A DNA stretch of 64,000 nucleotides, taken from contig JAKMXF010000296.1 in assembly GCA_024704765.1 (NCBI GenBank), positions 284,465 to 348,464 of the forward strand. The letters run 5' to 3'. The DNA is from Oopsacas minuta (Eukaryota; Animalia; Porifera). This document shows positions 1-12,365 of the stretch, one piece after another; positions within the stretch are counted from its first letter, which is position 1; each line of letters begins with the position of its first letter. The notes beneath the pieces are model-generated. The model was given only the letters and a program-made list of their open reading frames with translations, did not search any database and had not been told where the DNA came from. The position numbers were made by a program, and so were the translations under genes.

Positions 1-1955
1 CTGCTCGTCAGGCCCATGGGAGTGCTCATTCGTGCGCTTGACTATCACCATCCCTTTGGTATGAACTCTAGCTTTGCAGACCCATCTTTGCTCACACAAC
101 CAATGCGCCACATCTCTTTCTCTTCTCACTCCACTCCTCTCCTCTCCTCTCCTCTATCCTCTCTATTGAGGTGCAGCTACCATGGAAGAAGAACAGTGGT
201 TATGATGCGGTAGCTGCACCTCTCTTGATCTTTCTCCTACAGCTCTCTTATATATATATTATTTTAATTTATTATAATTATTTATTCTCTTATTTTTATT
301 ATATTTATCATTATTTTCACTCAATTAGTTTGTACACACATGCATATTAGACATTAAATATAGTTTAGTTATGACTTGACTTGATTCATCTGACTTATTA
401 TCGAATAGAAACCTAAAGGGTTGATTCCCTGGAACGAACGGGGTGATTCAACTTTGCGTAGCACTTAATGCCTGAATTGGATATCCTACTGGCAAGTATT
501 CTTATGTCCCCATTTTGTGTAGGGGTATGAAGTTCATTTAATCATGACCTACGTGATATCATTATTATAAGTTAAATGAACAAAGTATCTGTTACAAATA
601 TCATTCCGATCTATCCCAGCAAGGCCAATATTTTAAAGTGGATGGCTAGTTTACTTTACCGAAACAGTACCCATCCAGAGATTAAATTATCACCTATATT
701 TATTGGATAAAGGTGTTTGCCAGATTAACCGGAGGCTCTATTAAACGGAGTCCACCGTATTATTAAAGGAATTTAAGTAGCAATTTTGAGTTAGGTCAGC
801 TCAAGGTGGGGAAATATAAGAAAGATTTTCCATAGAAAAACAGCTTCAAATTGTTTTATGATAAATCCGGAATGATTTTATTTATTTTTTTCCAAATGTA
901 TGGATAAAGTCTTTGATCACAGATTGTGCAATCCATACTTTACTACTTGTATAGTTCAAAAATTCAACATATACAAGTAAGTTACTCTTCCTTGCGGTAC
1001 GCAGTTGCGTACACGAAGCGTCCTCATTAGGCACTTTTCGAGCGCCTAGGTTACTCCTAATCAACCGATAATTTGTGTTATGTATTACTAAGTATCCTAT
1101 GTATGCTTTGAAAGTCACTCTCTAAGTCGAATATTCACGATATGTTGTTCGAACACTCGATTACCTCTGTAGCCGTTAAAAGTATACGAACTTTTGGAAA
1201 TTTCTTTACTTTATGTACATAATTAACAACAAAAATTGATTATACAATGTTAAAAATCATATTCGGAATCAATTGACCAATCAAATTAGGTGCGAATTGT
1301 CGGTATTCCTACTGAACCAGAACCATGAAACGTAAATCAGTCTGCTGTCAATTAAGTGGTCTTGAAGGTCGACACATTCAACAGCCATAACAAAATTCTC
1401 TTTGAACCATATACCTAGTGTATGTAAGTGAATGTACCACACAAACTTGAGCCAATTCCAGGAGAGTGACATTTTTGTTAACTGAGGCCTATATTATAGT
1501 CTCTTTAGAAAGTGGCGCAACCACTTAACATAATTATATCTCAAAAATATCATTCCGATTCAAATTTTCTTTAATGCCTACTATGTCCATAGAATGTCCT
1601 CTTGCTGAAAACATTTCTTCGTAAACTCTACTGGCCTACTCCAATCATAGCCTGGGCTAGTATTTGAAACATCCTGCCTATTTTATTCGTACACATTATT
1701 CTCCCTTTAGCGTTTTGGTGTATCGGGCCTATAAGCTTTAGTTTTGGACCGATATGCCTTCAGAGAAGGGATATCGTCCATGATGTCCCTTACAAATATT
1801 TCTGTGAAGTTGATAAATATACAATTTCTCAAATTACGTATTAATAATTAGAATGCAAATTTTCAGCTTTATACTTCATTAGTTTAACATTGTACTTATA
1901 TTTTCTATGCAAAGAAAAATATCTTTTTTTATTATTCGAGAGGTTTTCTATATCA

Positions 1956-2099
1956 ATGAGTCTTCGTGTAAATAAAAGCACTGCTAAGCTTGCTTTCAAA
2001 GGCATTGGACGTCAGGTTGAAAAAATGAAGCTGGGTTTCGGAATGGTTGAACAGACAAAAGATGATAACCTTGCTTTTCTAGAGAACAAATATTTTCAG
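1956..2099 (+). CDS. N-BAR domain protein (amphiphysin/BIN/Rvs161-like), exon 1
   Basis: ATG at 1956; MSLRVNKSTAKLAFKGIGRQVEKMKLGFGMVEQTKDDNLAFLENKYFQ resembles N-BAR helix 0 and start of helix 1 (..K.G..E.T.D..F motif); phase-0 donor CAG|GTACAT at 2100. Confidence 0.8.
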
Positions 2100-2287
2100 G
2101 TACATAAAATTTCGTCTTAATAGAAAGAATTCTACAATTAATTTTGTATATTCTTTTTCAATGTCAAATCAATCCATTTTTATTCTAATGAATGTATTAT
2201 TAATGCTGCACCTAGCGTCAGATTTTGCAAATTACCTGTGAGGAGGAGGAATAACGATTATACTTAGGGGGTAGTATTATCAACCTA

Positions 2288-2468
2288 CAGTTGAGCCTCA
2301 TTGGTACGAACACGGTTAATACGAATTTCCGGGAAGACAAACAAGAATTTACACAAAATCAGGTTCCCACAATGGGTTTTCAATCGATATTGCCACGCTT
2401 AATACTTTCTCCTGATACAAAGTAAATTTTGTAGGTCCTCTCGTGTTTGTATTAACGAGGTTCTACTG
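2288..2468. mobile_element. Tigger/pogo-type MITE
   Basis: TA|CAGTTGAGCCTCATTGGTACGAACACG ... CGTGTTTGTATTAACGAGGTTCTACTG|TA; imperfect TIRs with TA flanks. Confidence 0.65.
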
Positions 2469-4567
2469 TATAATGTGAATTTGTGCCATTTTAGTCCTAA
2501 GGCCCTTCGGCTGGAACGCGGGGTATCTATGAGTATTAGGCTGTGTATTGGGCGCTTTACCAGTCGCTCAACTTCCTACTGCAATGCCAATAAGGATGGT
2601 TGCATCCCTCAATTATATCCTATGGGATAGCATTCTGTATATAATCCCTAACTGTAGCTTGTAGATTTCGACTATACCGTGAACTATGTAAAATAAGGAT
2701 TGGATACTACAATTACTCAGGTAATCATCAAGTTTCACGAATATTATGTGACGAATCACACATTCCACATTTAGAAATTATTTTCAGGTCGGAAAGAAGT
2801 CATATGATCCCCAAAAGGCTGATATATCTTTAAAATGTAAAAGCTATAAAAACTAACATTGATCTCTGATTTCGAAGTTCTATTATGAAATATTCGATTT
2901 TCATAATATAATTGTTATTATGAAGTTGCCTAGTTGCTGAAACTATGGCACTTCTATGTCAATCTTAACTTATAACTCGATAATCGTTACAGTTATAGCC
3001 TACAATACTGAACTTCCCATATCCTGAGGATACATTTTGATGTGATATCTCTGGATTTTATTGCGTAATGTTAAAACTACCATATATGGGCATATTCACA
3101 ATTACACCACATTGCTAAAAGCTTTCATATCAGATTGTATTATCATTTTGTTGGAAGTAGTGTCATTTCTATAAATTAGCTATCCTGATTTGGTAATAAT
3201 TGTAACAAGTTAATATTGAAGTATTTTTTACTCGGCACCAAGTCCCTCGGTTAATTTTTCGTATGAGATAAATTTTTATTATCCATGATCCATCAATATT
3301 CCATTTAATGGCCTTCTGTGGTAGTACCGCAGCACTTACATGGCTCTAGATTAATATCTGGGCACTTCGTGTCTCTAATATTATGAAATTCTCAAAACAT
3401 CGAGTTTTTGATTGTTTTGCAGTCATGATTACCTAATAATCCCATGATGAGTTTGCATTCGTCTAAAATCATATTGTCAGAATGTGTGGGATATTGATAG
3501 GTACCTGTGATTCTAATTTCAATCTTGTATCATGTATATTTCCTAAGCAGTGGTTAATAATGTGATTTTCGAAAATCTAAAAGGTGACAATTGCCTCATA
3601 ATTTCGTCATATGTGTGATTTTCGGCCAAGACTCGAACTTGTTCGAGCCAGGCCCAAAATACCGCTGTATGCCAAAAATCAGTCCTGTTGGTCCTCTAGT
3701 TTCTTCAATTAATTCTGGAAATACAAACATATATATATATATTTTCACATTTATCTATAGATTAATTGCTTTTCAATTCATAATAATGTATCATCTCTGA
3801 TCTCAATTTTAACTCAAGAACGACCCCTTGCCATTCCCGAGTTTGTCGCACGCGGTTTCGGCTATTCGCGGACGATATTCCTTGTTCGCGACTCTTTCCC
3901 TCCATTCCCGGTCTTCTTCACATTTCAGCTATTTGATCGAAAATTTTACAGTGTTTTCTAAGTATTTCCTATATTTTCTATTACCATCGTATATGTATTG
4001 AGTTTGTTTTTCCTCCATTGGCATTATATATTTCATGTAACTCACTACTCCATATGTTGTATATATGTTTTAAGACCTTAATCTCAAAGTGCCATCTGTG
4101 CAACATAAGTTTAACAATCTAGTTTTGGTGGATTATTGAAACTATATTATTCAACTTCCAGGGCGTTCAATAATTCTTGCGGGTGATATAATAGAACAGC
4201 GTACAAACACTATGCACACTAATTCACTACATTATTTATTCGAAGTAATCCCCTAGTGCAGATACACACAATTTTAACCTTCCCACCCACTTTAAAACAC
4301 ATTTCTATACTCTTCTTCGCGGATGGATTTGAAGTACTGGTACAGGCCTGTTCCGAGTGCTTGTAATATGTTAAAATATTTGCCTTGAAGGTAGATTTTA
4401 AACTTCGGGAATAGCCAAAAATCACATGGAGCTAGGTCTGGTGAGTATGATGGATGGGGAAGTAACTCTAACCCTTCTACATTTAAGAAATTTGTGGGTA
4501 GCTTAGCTGTATGGGAACTGGCGTTATTGAATGAAATCTTCATTCCTCTAGTTCCGGTTTTCGGACG

Positions 4568-7500
4568 CACAGTGGGCTATTATTGCGAATTACTAGTATT
4601 AGGGTTTTGCGCGTTAAATTTTAGATTAGGGTTATACAATGCATTATTACTGTGTAGTAAGTCGACTATTCAGGTTCGTTTCTTGATTTCACTTTTGTTG
4701 TATCACATCAGGTTTGCAATATATGATGTAATCTTAATTACCATACAGAAGTCTAGATATTCACGTAACTTAGTTTTTATTAGGAGAAAACGAGTATATT
4801 AATATATTATAGTAACTGAAGAATAACTAACATACGAGTATCTTATTGGTGAATTAATGTTAAATACAAGAAGAGTTCATCTATGGAATTTTAAAGAAGA
4901 GAATCTTCATTATCAATAATATATTGTCACGTTTCCGCTTGCCTGTTTTTTAGACAATTTTTTTGATGGCCTACTTGACCACAGGTGGAACAAATGATGA
5001 TCCTTCTGACTTTTCATTCAGAATTGAACAACCATAGATGTAGAGCCTCATTGTAATATCACTTAATCCACTTAGAAATTCTGATTTCCTGCTCAAATGT
5101 GTTGGGAACTCTCGGATCAACTCATGTCCTTGTTCTAACCCTTCTTCAGAAAGACTACACAATCCTACCCTGTCTTCTCTCAATAAACTGATGGGCATGA
5201 GCAAAAAATTTGTGGAGTGATTGCTAATGAGACCCAGGGATATGTTTGTAAGATTAGTAAGTAGGTTTCTTGACTTAACACACGAAATCTGTCTACATCA
5301 ACAACTTCGCTACTATTAGCAACTCTGAGTAATGCAGATAAATTCCTGTGAATCTCTGTTAGAGCATCTCTATAAACATTCGGTACAAACGATAAAACGA
5401 TCCTAAAACACTGTTTTTTATATGAAAAATATGTTCTTGTCATGTGATTAGGCTTGTGTTCCCACTTCCTCTTGGTTTTTCGAATAATAAGTTCGTAAGC
5501 TCATGGATACGCTTACATACTAAACCTCGACAATCTCGCACCATTTGATCCTTAGGCGACTTGGACCTTCCTGCTGCAACTCGATAGATGAGGTTCAAGA
5601 ACCAATCTAAAATCGTTAGATAAGAATGTAAAGGTGCTGCAGGAAATACATCAATGCCACTTGCAGGTTCGTGTGTAATCCCATACCATTGCTTTGTATC
5701 GTAACTCATCAACTCTTTTCCATCAGAGGTTATCTGACGGATTGTCTCTTTGATATCCTTTATCGAACAATTCAAAGGTAACCCACAAACAACTTTTGTA
5801 ATACTATTTATATCACTTCGGGTTGCTTTGCAGGCAATACATGGCGCTCCTCTTTTACCTGTCATTGTTGCTAAGGTTTTTCCGTCAATTATTGAGGCTT
5901 TGACTTCTAACATGTCCATTAAGTGATCAAAACCATTCTCATTAAGTGAACAATTTCAGAGTTTAGTAACTTGCTCAATTCTATAACAGTGTAAATAGTC
6001 TCCTTTTGGCAAATAAGTGCTACTGGTTGGTTGGAAAAACACGAGTTATGATGTCTATTTTCCCACAGAACATTCCCGAATCTATCTATTACCTGAAGGG
6101 TTGAAACCATGAAGAAAATAAATTTAATCGGTCTATATTCAAGTGTGATAATATCCCAGGAGAGGAATGAGATCCAGAACCATCCAGTCCATGCTTGATT
6201 TTAAGTGTTGATGGATACAATTGTGGTACACGAAATGTAACACATATTCTTTTAACAATCGGTCAAAGAGAGAAATTACATGTGATGAGTAAGATATATG
6301 GACCGCAATAGGATTGGAAACATTTGGATACCAGCTAAATGTTGGAACAATTAACTTTCTAATTTGCAAATATTTCCCAAGTTGTCAAAACGAGGCCTTA
6401 TTGGAGATAATATTTAAGATCTCTCCATTTTCCTTTCCCCATCTTAAGTTGATGTGCCAAGAATGTTGATTTTTCTGGTGAAACTATGTTACTGAGGGTT
6501 GGTATCGATTCTTCGTTATAGATTTTCCAAGCGATATTTGCGATGCCTTTAAAACCAATTTGTTCTACAGCTACAAAATACAAGAGGAGAGCAATATAGC
6601 GAAGAACAGAATTATTTTCGAGTTGCGCTAACTGACGGAAGTAAGTATCCCATTCTGATCAAGCCTGGTCTTTTAGAACCAACTTGGATATCATCAATTG
6701 ATTTCTCCTCTACATTAGGAACCAATATAACGCCGCTTTCTTTATCACAGCCTGAAACAGAATGAAATGATTGGGTGCTCGTAGGTTTAACAGGGATCCA
6801 TGAAATACTTGCACTCCACCACACCATCTACGCTCTCGATAGATTTCTTACTCTTTCTGAGACAAAATGATATTTTAGACATTAGAGAGTATACAGAATG
6901 TCTCTTGTCTTCCTCGAGATTTAGTAAACGCATCACTTCATTAGCTGCATGATAGATATCATAGTTGTGAGCCTTCAATATGATAGCCAAGTGGAGACGT
7001 GTTTTCTGGTTTTCAGATAATATTATTGGTTCAGCCATTTTTAAATTGATAAGTAGAAGTTTAATAGGTTATCAAGTTACTGAATTTGTATGCTATCTCG
7101 TAATATGCAGTCTATATAAATAATTATTGCGTTATATTGGTGTCAAATGACCATGTAATAGCATTACATTGTATCATAGCAACGTAGATGTGAGAATGGA
7201 AATTGACAAAATTTAATGTGTTGCGCAGTGAAGCGACATTTGTACTTTTAATATAATGTTTATATTACTTGATAAGAAGAATATATACTAAAAATTCAGA
7301 TTGGAAACTAGTGGAAACAATATTTGCTGCCACCGAAATATGACCTATGACCAAGGGAAATTTCTACAAGTTTTTCACAGTAATGTATCCATAGTATTTG
7401 ATTAACCTTTTCGTTCCTGAAGAAAATGAACGATATATTCAAATTCAGCGCACACTCTTTGCTTGGAAAGCATGTAAAAAAATAATAGTGCATCATATAT

Positions 7501-7728
7501 TCAGCAGATTACTGAAATACCTTCAGTCATTTATATAATCGATGTATAAACATAGAAACAGCAATGAAGTTCTACATTTGATTGACCACAAAAATAGAAA
7601 TACTTAACTATTTCATGTGATACTTTACATATTCCTCGTTGAATATATCTAGAATCTAATTCATAATTCAAAAAGGCATAAATAGAAGGTAAGAATTTAG
7701 GCCTAATGCATCCTAGTAGCCCACTATG
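4568..7728 (-). mobile_element. RAG1-like (Transib/RAGL) DNA transposon, 3161 bp
   Basis: Termini CACAGTGGGCTA (4568) and TAGCCCACTATG (ends 7728, reverse complement CATAGTGGGCTA); flanked by CGGACG/CGGGCG; removing the element and one copy restores the mariner reading frame. Confidence 0.85.
4930..7038 (-). pseudogene. RAG1-core-like transposase, multiply frameshifted
   Basis: Colinear motifs: KIKHGLDGSGSH (D at 6182-6184), NSCFSNQPVALICQKE, SIIDGKTLATMTGKRGAPCIAC (D at 5884-5886), PLHSYL, YPWVSL..AH, SEEGLEQGH (E at 5133-5135), C-terminal CSTCGQVGHQKNC. Confidence 0.9.
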
Positions 7729-7949
7729 CGGGCGGCACTTTTCTATATTTTTTATCAAGTTTGGAATCACTTGCTCTGTAAAGAAAGTAGCAGCAACAGC
7801 TTTGCCACTCTCACTAGGTAATTGCAAGACAATTCCATTACTATTGAAGAAGATGGTATGCATAATCTTGTGAATTTGTGTATATAGTGTATGTGTCCTG
7901 TTCTATGATATCACCTGCAAGTCTTATTGAACCCCCTGGTAGAAACATG

Positions 7950-8885
7950 TTTAGTTAATTTCCCATTTTCGTGTCTTGTGTTGCTCAAAACGAGAATGTT
8001 GAGTCTATAGCAATAGTAACTTACATCCGAAAGCTATATGCTAGTGAAGTTAGGAATCATGATCTTGTCAGTTCATGCAGCAATTGATTGAGTGGGACAT
8101 TCAGAGGTATTGTTAGACGTTTACCGTTGGACAAATTGTTATCTTGCTTGATAAATTTGAAATCGGGAAGCGAAAGTATGCGAAATTGCACCAGCTCTAT
8201 AAGTCAGAAAACATGTTTCCTCCCTACAATAAAATCTCTGAATGAAAGTTTTATACTTCCACTCTCATCTAAAAAATTTCAGATTTAAAATGTTGTTTAT
8301 TGTTTGCTCAAAATTATTCAATGACAAGATTGGCTTGAATATAGATCAGCCAAGCAGTGATGGAGGCACTTCTTCTACTGTAAATGTAGCAAGATCGTAT
8401 TGTCTCACTAATAAAACCCACTTATTGCGTGTGCACTATGATTCCGGAAGAATTAAGGGAGCTGATACGTACTTTGCAAACCAACCTCTCTGTAATATTA
8501 CGTGTATCAACTCTAATAATGCTATTGATACAGACAAATTGGACACACTTTATAACGCGACATATGAATTAATACATTGATTTTCCATGAGCAAGTGTAA
8601 CACTTTATCTTCTAGGTTCCTATCTCATTCTGAATTAATACGAGATTCTAACAACTGTTTCGGATTAATGACTTTTCACAGGAAGCAGTTGAAGGGTGCA
8701 ATGAATTGATTACGAAATATTCTTAGCATCTTTCAAAATAGTTTACTTTCACTTCAATCGCAAGAGATGCATTTGTACGTCTCCTTAGTCAAATAGACCC
8801 TGTCCTAGCGAATAGCTCCATGTGCAGTGAAATCTGTGGCGAATTTGGACATACTTGTCGCTTGATATGTGGTTTCGGCAGCTTG
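7950..8885 (+). pseudogene. Second RAG1-like/Transib transposase fragment (C-terminal half, degenerate)
   Basis: VAQNENVESI; GLNIDQPSSDGGTSSTVNVARSY (Transib D.P..GGTSNDGN.ARR-like); SQEAVEGCNELI..ARDAFVRLLSQIDPVL; EICGEFGHTCRLIC; no TIR found. Confidence 0.75.
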
Positions 8886-10442
8886 TACCCCAAGAGCAAG
8901 ATGCTTTGTTCATATACTCCATTGTTGATAATTGATTATTCTAATATATATTTCCACTTAGTATCAGCAAAAATATCATAAAATAGTAAATGTCTACATA
9001 TCATGAGGAAGATATCATTAAACTTCATGGCTTATTCAAAATAATATTATTCAACCACAATTAAATTTATTGACATGAGTTTATTTTTCTTTCATAATAG
9101 GCTTAATCTTCCTTCCTACCTACTTCAATGTTGATAGTTGCAACGAACTCGTAACTACCGGTTTGCTATACATCAATAATAAATACCATATGGCAAAGAA
9201 GTATTTTAATATCTAATTTCATTAAATCCCCATTTAGAGCCACTAAAGATCTGCAATATCTGCCATAATAATATTTGGTATGGACAAATGAAAATTCATT
9301 TATAACATGTCCATTACTTTTATTTATTTGAGGGTTTTACTGTAGAATATAGATTTAAGTATTACGATACATGAAGTACAGAGAGTATGGCCGTGGTATC
9401 GAAAGCGACCTAACAAACAGCCCGCATTTCGTTATTACCAAAGTGAATAAAAATTATTTTACCTAGCAGCATAGAAACCTAAATTTAATCGAAATATGTC
9501 TACCTACGAACCGATATCTGGATATCCGAGACGCCGCCTCCCTCAACCGGGCGCCATTTTCTGAAATGAGTGAAATTTGACCAGTTTCAGTATATTTTCG
9601 TCATAATTGAGCTGTATTTACTTGTACTTCATATCTAAACGTTACCTTGTAACTAAAACCGTTAACAGTGTTTCTTTACGAAGAAAATGTCTATTATATG
9701 GAAGGTTAATGAAATGTGCAAATTACAGTAAAAACATTTTAATATGATGATTATTAAAGCATCTATTATTTTGTTGAATTGTTTGAACATAGGCAGGTAT
9801 CATTTCTTCAAAGTCAGTGTGGGTCAAGATAGGCCCATTTATTGCTATTTTCATTTTCACCTCTATTGCTAATTTGTTTTCAGATTTGAGTGTGATAAGC
9901 GGATACTTAGACGAGCTTTGATCAAATTCATCTAACTAAAGGGGCGATCACGCGATCCAGGTTCCGGTCTTCAAAATATTAGCGCTCCAGGCCAATTAAT
10001 GCTCTTATAATTACAATAATTGATAATCCGTGTTAAATATAAGTACTGAGTTCTACTTTAATTCGAATTTTTACTGTCTCATAAATATTATACGCAAACA
10101 GCACCTGTAATTTAGTCGTAGTTAGATTCACAGACTTGCTGTGGAATAATATGTGACAAATTTTGAATCTACAGTGTTGTTTAGCATGTAAAAGTGAAAC
10201 TTACTTTGATGTTTATCTTAACTATATCTTTTATGAATGCCTAATAGCCATTTTGGCTTAATTTCTATGGTTCCTGCATTATACACTTATCAGATTATAT
10301 AGGTCCACTATACCTTATTTCTCAACTTTCATAAATCGAATTATTTTTAGTTTTTAGTACAGTATAGATTGCATATTTGGTAAACTTGTTTCATAATTTG
10401 TAATAATACATGCATCATAAGCATTTGGAAATTGCCTGCATG

Positions 10443-11012
10443 CAGGCCCGATTATGGAAAGTGGGGGCCCTATGCCCAATTTTTTAAGTGGGCTCTCATC
10501 ACAGTTAGAATATACTGACATCATATTGTGACAAATTCATATGAACAATTGATGGCTACTAAATTCGAATTTGAAACTCTATTTATTGCCAGTTATTATT
10601 AACCTAGTTCCCGCAGTCCAATAAGACCCCCAAATGCAGGGCTCTCAACCTAGAAGCCTTAAAAATCGTGAGATTCGTCAAAAATTCACGATTCTATCTT
10701 GAGATGTGCAATTTAGTATTAGCTTGCTGTGAAAAGATCATGGATTCAGCAGTATTTATAGACCCGAAATCGTGAGACTCACTGCGAGGTTGAGAGCCCT
10801 ACAGATGCATAAGTCCAAAAACCGTGGTTATCCGTAATTTGAGGGCCAGTAGCTGAGCCGGGAATTTCTGGTGCGGATAATTGAATTACACTGACATTCC
10901 AGATAGTTAGAAATATCTTGAGGGGGTATACATTCCCTATCTCCCTACTCTGTCCGTCAGTGGTGGCGCCCTAGCCTATTGCTTATTTGGTTTAGTGGCT
11001 AATCAGGCTCTG
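10443..11012. mobile_element. hAT-like MITE containing a nested MITE
   Basis: CAGGCCCGATTA ... TAATCAGGCTCTG imperfect TIRs; flanks CCTGCATG/CTTGCAGG (6 of 8 match). Confidence 0.5.
10637..10801. mobile_element. Nested MITE
   Basis: TIRs CAGGGCTCTCAACCT / AGGTTGAGAGCCCTA (14 of 15); flanks CAAATG / CAGATG. Confidence 0.75.
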
Positions 11013-11088
11013 CTTGCAGGCCTTACATTGCGGCATTCCCAAATGGGGCCTGGGAACCTCTGCTTTATTGATTTCTCTCATTTATTAG

Positions 11089-11280
11089 CACCAGCAATGT
11101 TCTACAAAGTTTCTCAAATCTTTGCGCGAATATTATGACTGTCAAAAATCTCTATACGCTGCTCATCTTCAATTGCAATCTTCGATGACAAATTTCTATG
11201 ATGTTGATTGGATTAATAGAGATGAACTTCTTGACAACTTTGCACAATTTTCTCTCATTTATGAACAGCATATTTCGAAG
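11089..11280 (+). CDS. N-BAR domain protein, exon 2
   Basis: Acceptor TTTATTAG|; HQQCSTKFLKSLREYYDCQKSLYAAHLQLQSSMTNFYDVDWINRDELLDNFAQFSLIYEQHISK aligns colinearly with amphiphysin [35 protein letters not shown]...YHQK; phase 0-0; donor AAG|GT at 11281. Confidence 0.8.
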
Positions 11281-11639
11281 GTTGTTTTGGTATTAATTAT
11301 TGACCTAATTATAACCGTATATGCATTTTTGATATTTGTCTTTCCTTTCCTAGTTTTGATCACACGTTATTTTAACTTAGCAGATATGCTTGAACACTCC
11401 TTCCCATACCCTAGCAGTAACTTTTATACCTTATTTCTTACCAAGTACGCAATCTTGAAAATACCATAAGAGTTTGCCTATGTAAGTTTTTGCAAACCCT
11501 ATTTCCTATTCGAGTAATTCAAATTTGTTTAGATCGAATCTTGTATCTTTTATCATTAATCCTCTGAATTGTTGCTTTCTAACTTATTTTTGCTCTATCA
11601 TCACTTTTACTCACTCTCACCTTAGTTTATAATTTATTT

Positions 11640-12365
11640 GAATACAGCAAGAGTAGATTGGTTTCTGTTTATGCTTCAAAAATTTCTTAAAGGCCATGCT
11701 ACAACTTTCAAAAACATTATTCTTGGTGATGAGACATGGATATCATATGACCCTATACTAAGCCGCAATCATCCATTTGGATCTTCAGATAAACCATCAC
11801 TTAAGAATTGACCCGAAGTAACTGTGGTGGTGAGCAAATGGTTGTTTCTTTGGAATTTATTTGCATAAATAGACAATTCGATTCATTGAGAGAAAAATGT
11901 CAATTCTGAATGGTATACATCAGATTGTGCTCGATAAGTAATAGAATCGTTGTGTAAATGGCATCAGAGCTCAAAGTTTGCCTCCTCAATTGTATCATGA
12001 CAACGCAAGTGCTCATACCTCATCAAAAACTCTGGATTTTTTTATTGAAACAATGTTAGATTGTTATCACACACCTCACATTCTCCCGATCTAGTCCATG
12101 TGACTTCTTCCTATACGACAAGGTTTAAAAATAATCAAAGGAACCAAGTTTGACATACCGGAACAAGTCGTGTAGGCCTTTGAGAAAGTAATTGGAGACA
12201 TACCCAAAGATGAGTGTATAAATTGCTTTGAAATTGGTATAGGAGGATGATTTCATATATCCAATTCCTGTTAATACTTTAACGAATGTGTTTTAAAGCA
12301 TTTGCATGCCTATTTGAACCTCATCTTTTCAAATGAAGTTTAAGGTACTTATTTAGAGACCCTCT
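11640..12365 (+). pseudogene. Degenerate mariner transposase fragment
   Basis: RVDWFLFMLQKFLKG...IILGDETWISYDP, YHDNASAHTS, HSPDL..CDF; TIR-like TTATTTAGAGACCCTC near 12345-12364. Confidence 0.75.

Larger units (their letters stand above)
4176..7921 (-). mobile_element. Internally deleted mariner (DD34D-type) split by a RAG1-like transposon
   Basis: ~50-bp imperfect TIRs (CTTGCGGGTGATATAATAGAACAG.. / reverse complement CTTGCAGGTGATATCATAGAACAG..); coding remnants IFFNSNGIVLQ...NIEKCRP (7735-7863) rejoin PKTGTRGMKISFNNASSHT...HPSYSPDLAPCDFWLF (4292-4567). Confidence 0.85.

Noticed and set aside
16-213. 65-aa ORF
   Set aside because: Driven by a low-complexity CT tract; no homology
882-1472. 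Divergent gene upstream of the BAR gene (ORFs 882-1118, 1281-1472)
   Set aside because: No recognisable homology or consistent splice structure; a CVPQG match to the RT motif is likely chance
7039-7728. RAG2-like partner gene in the RAG1-like element
   Set aside because: The 5' (~690 bp) and 3' (~360 bp) flanks are AT-rich with no kelch- or PHD-like coding; ORF 7308-7496 is not convincing
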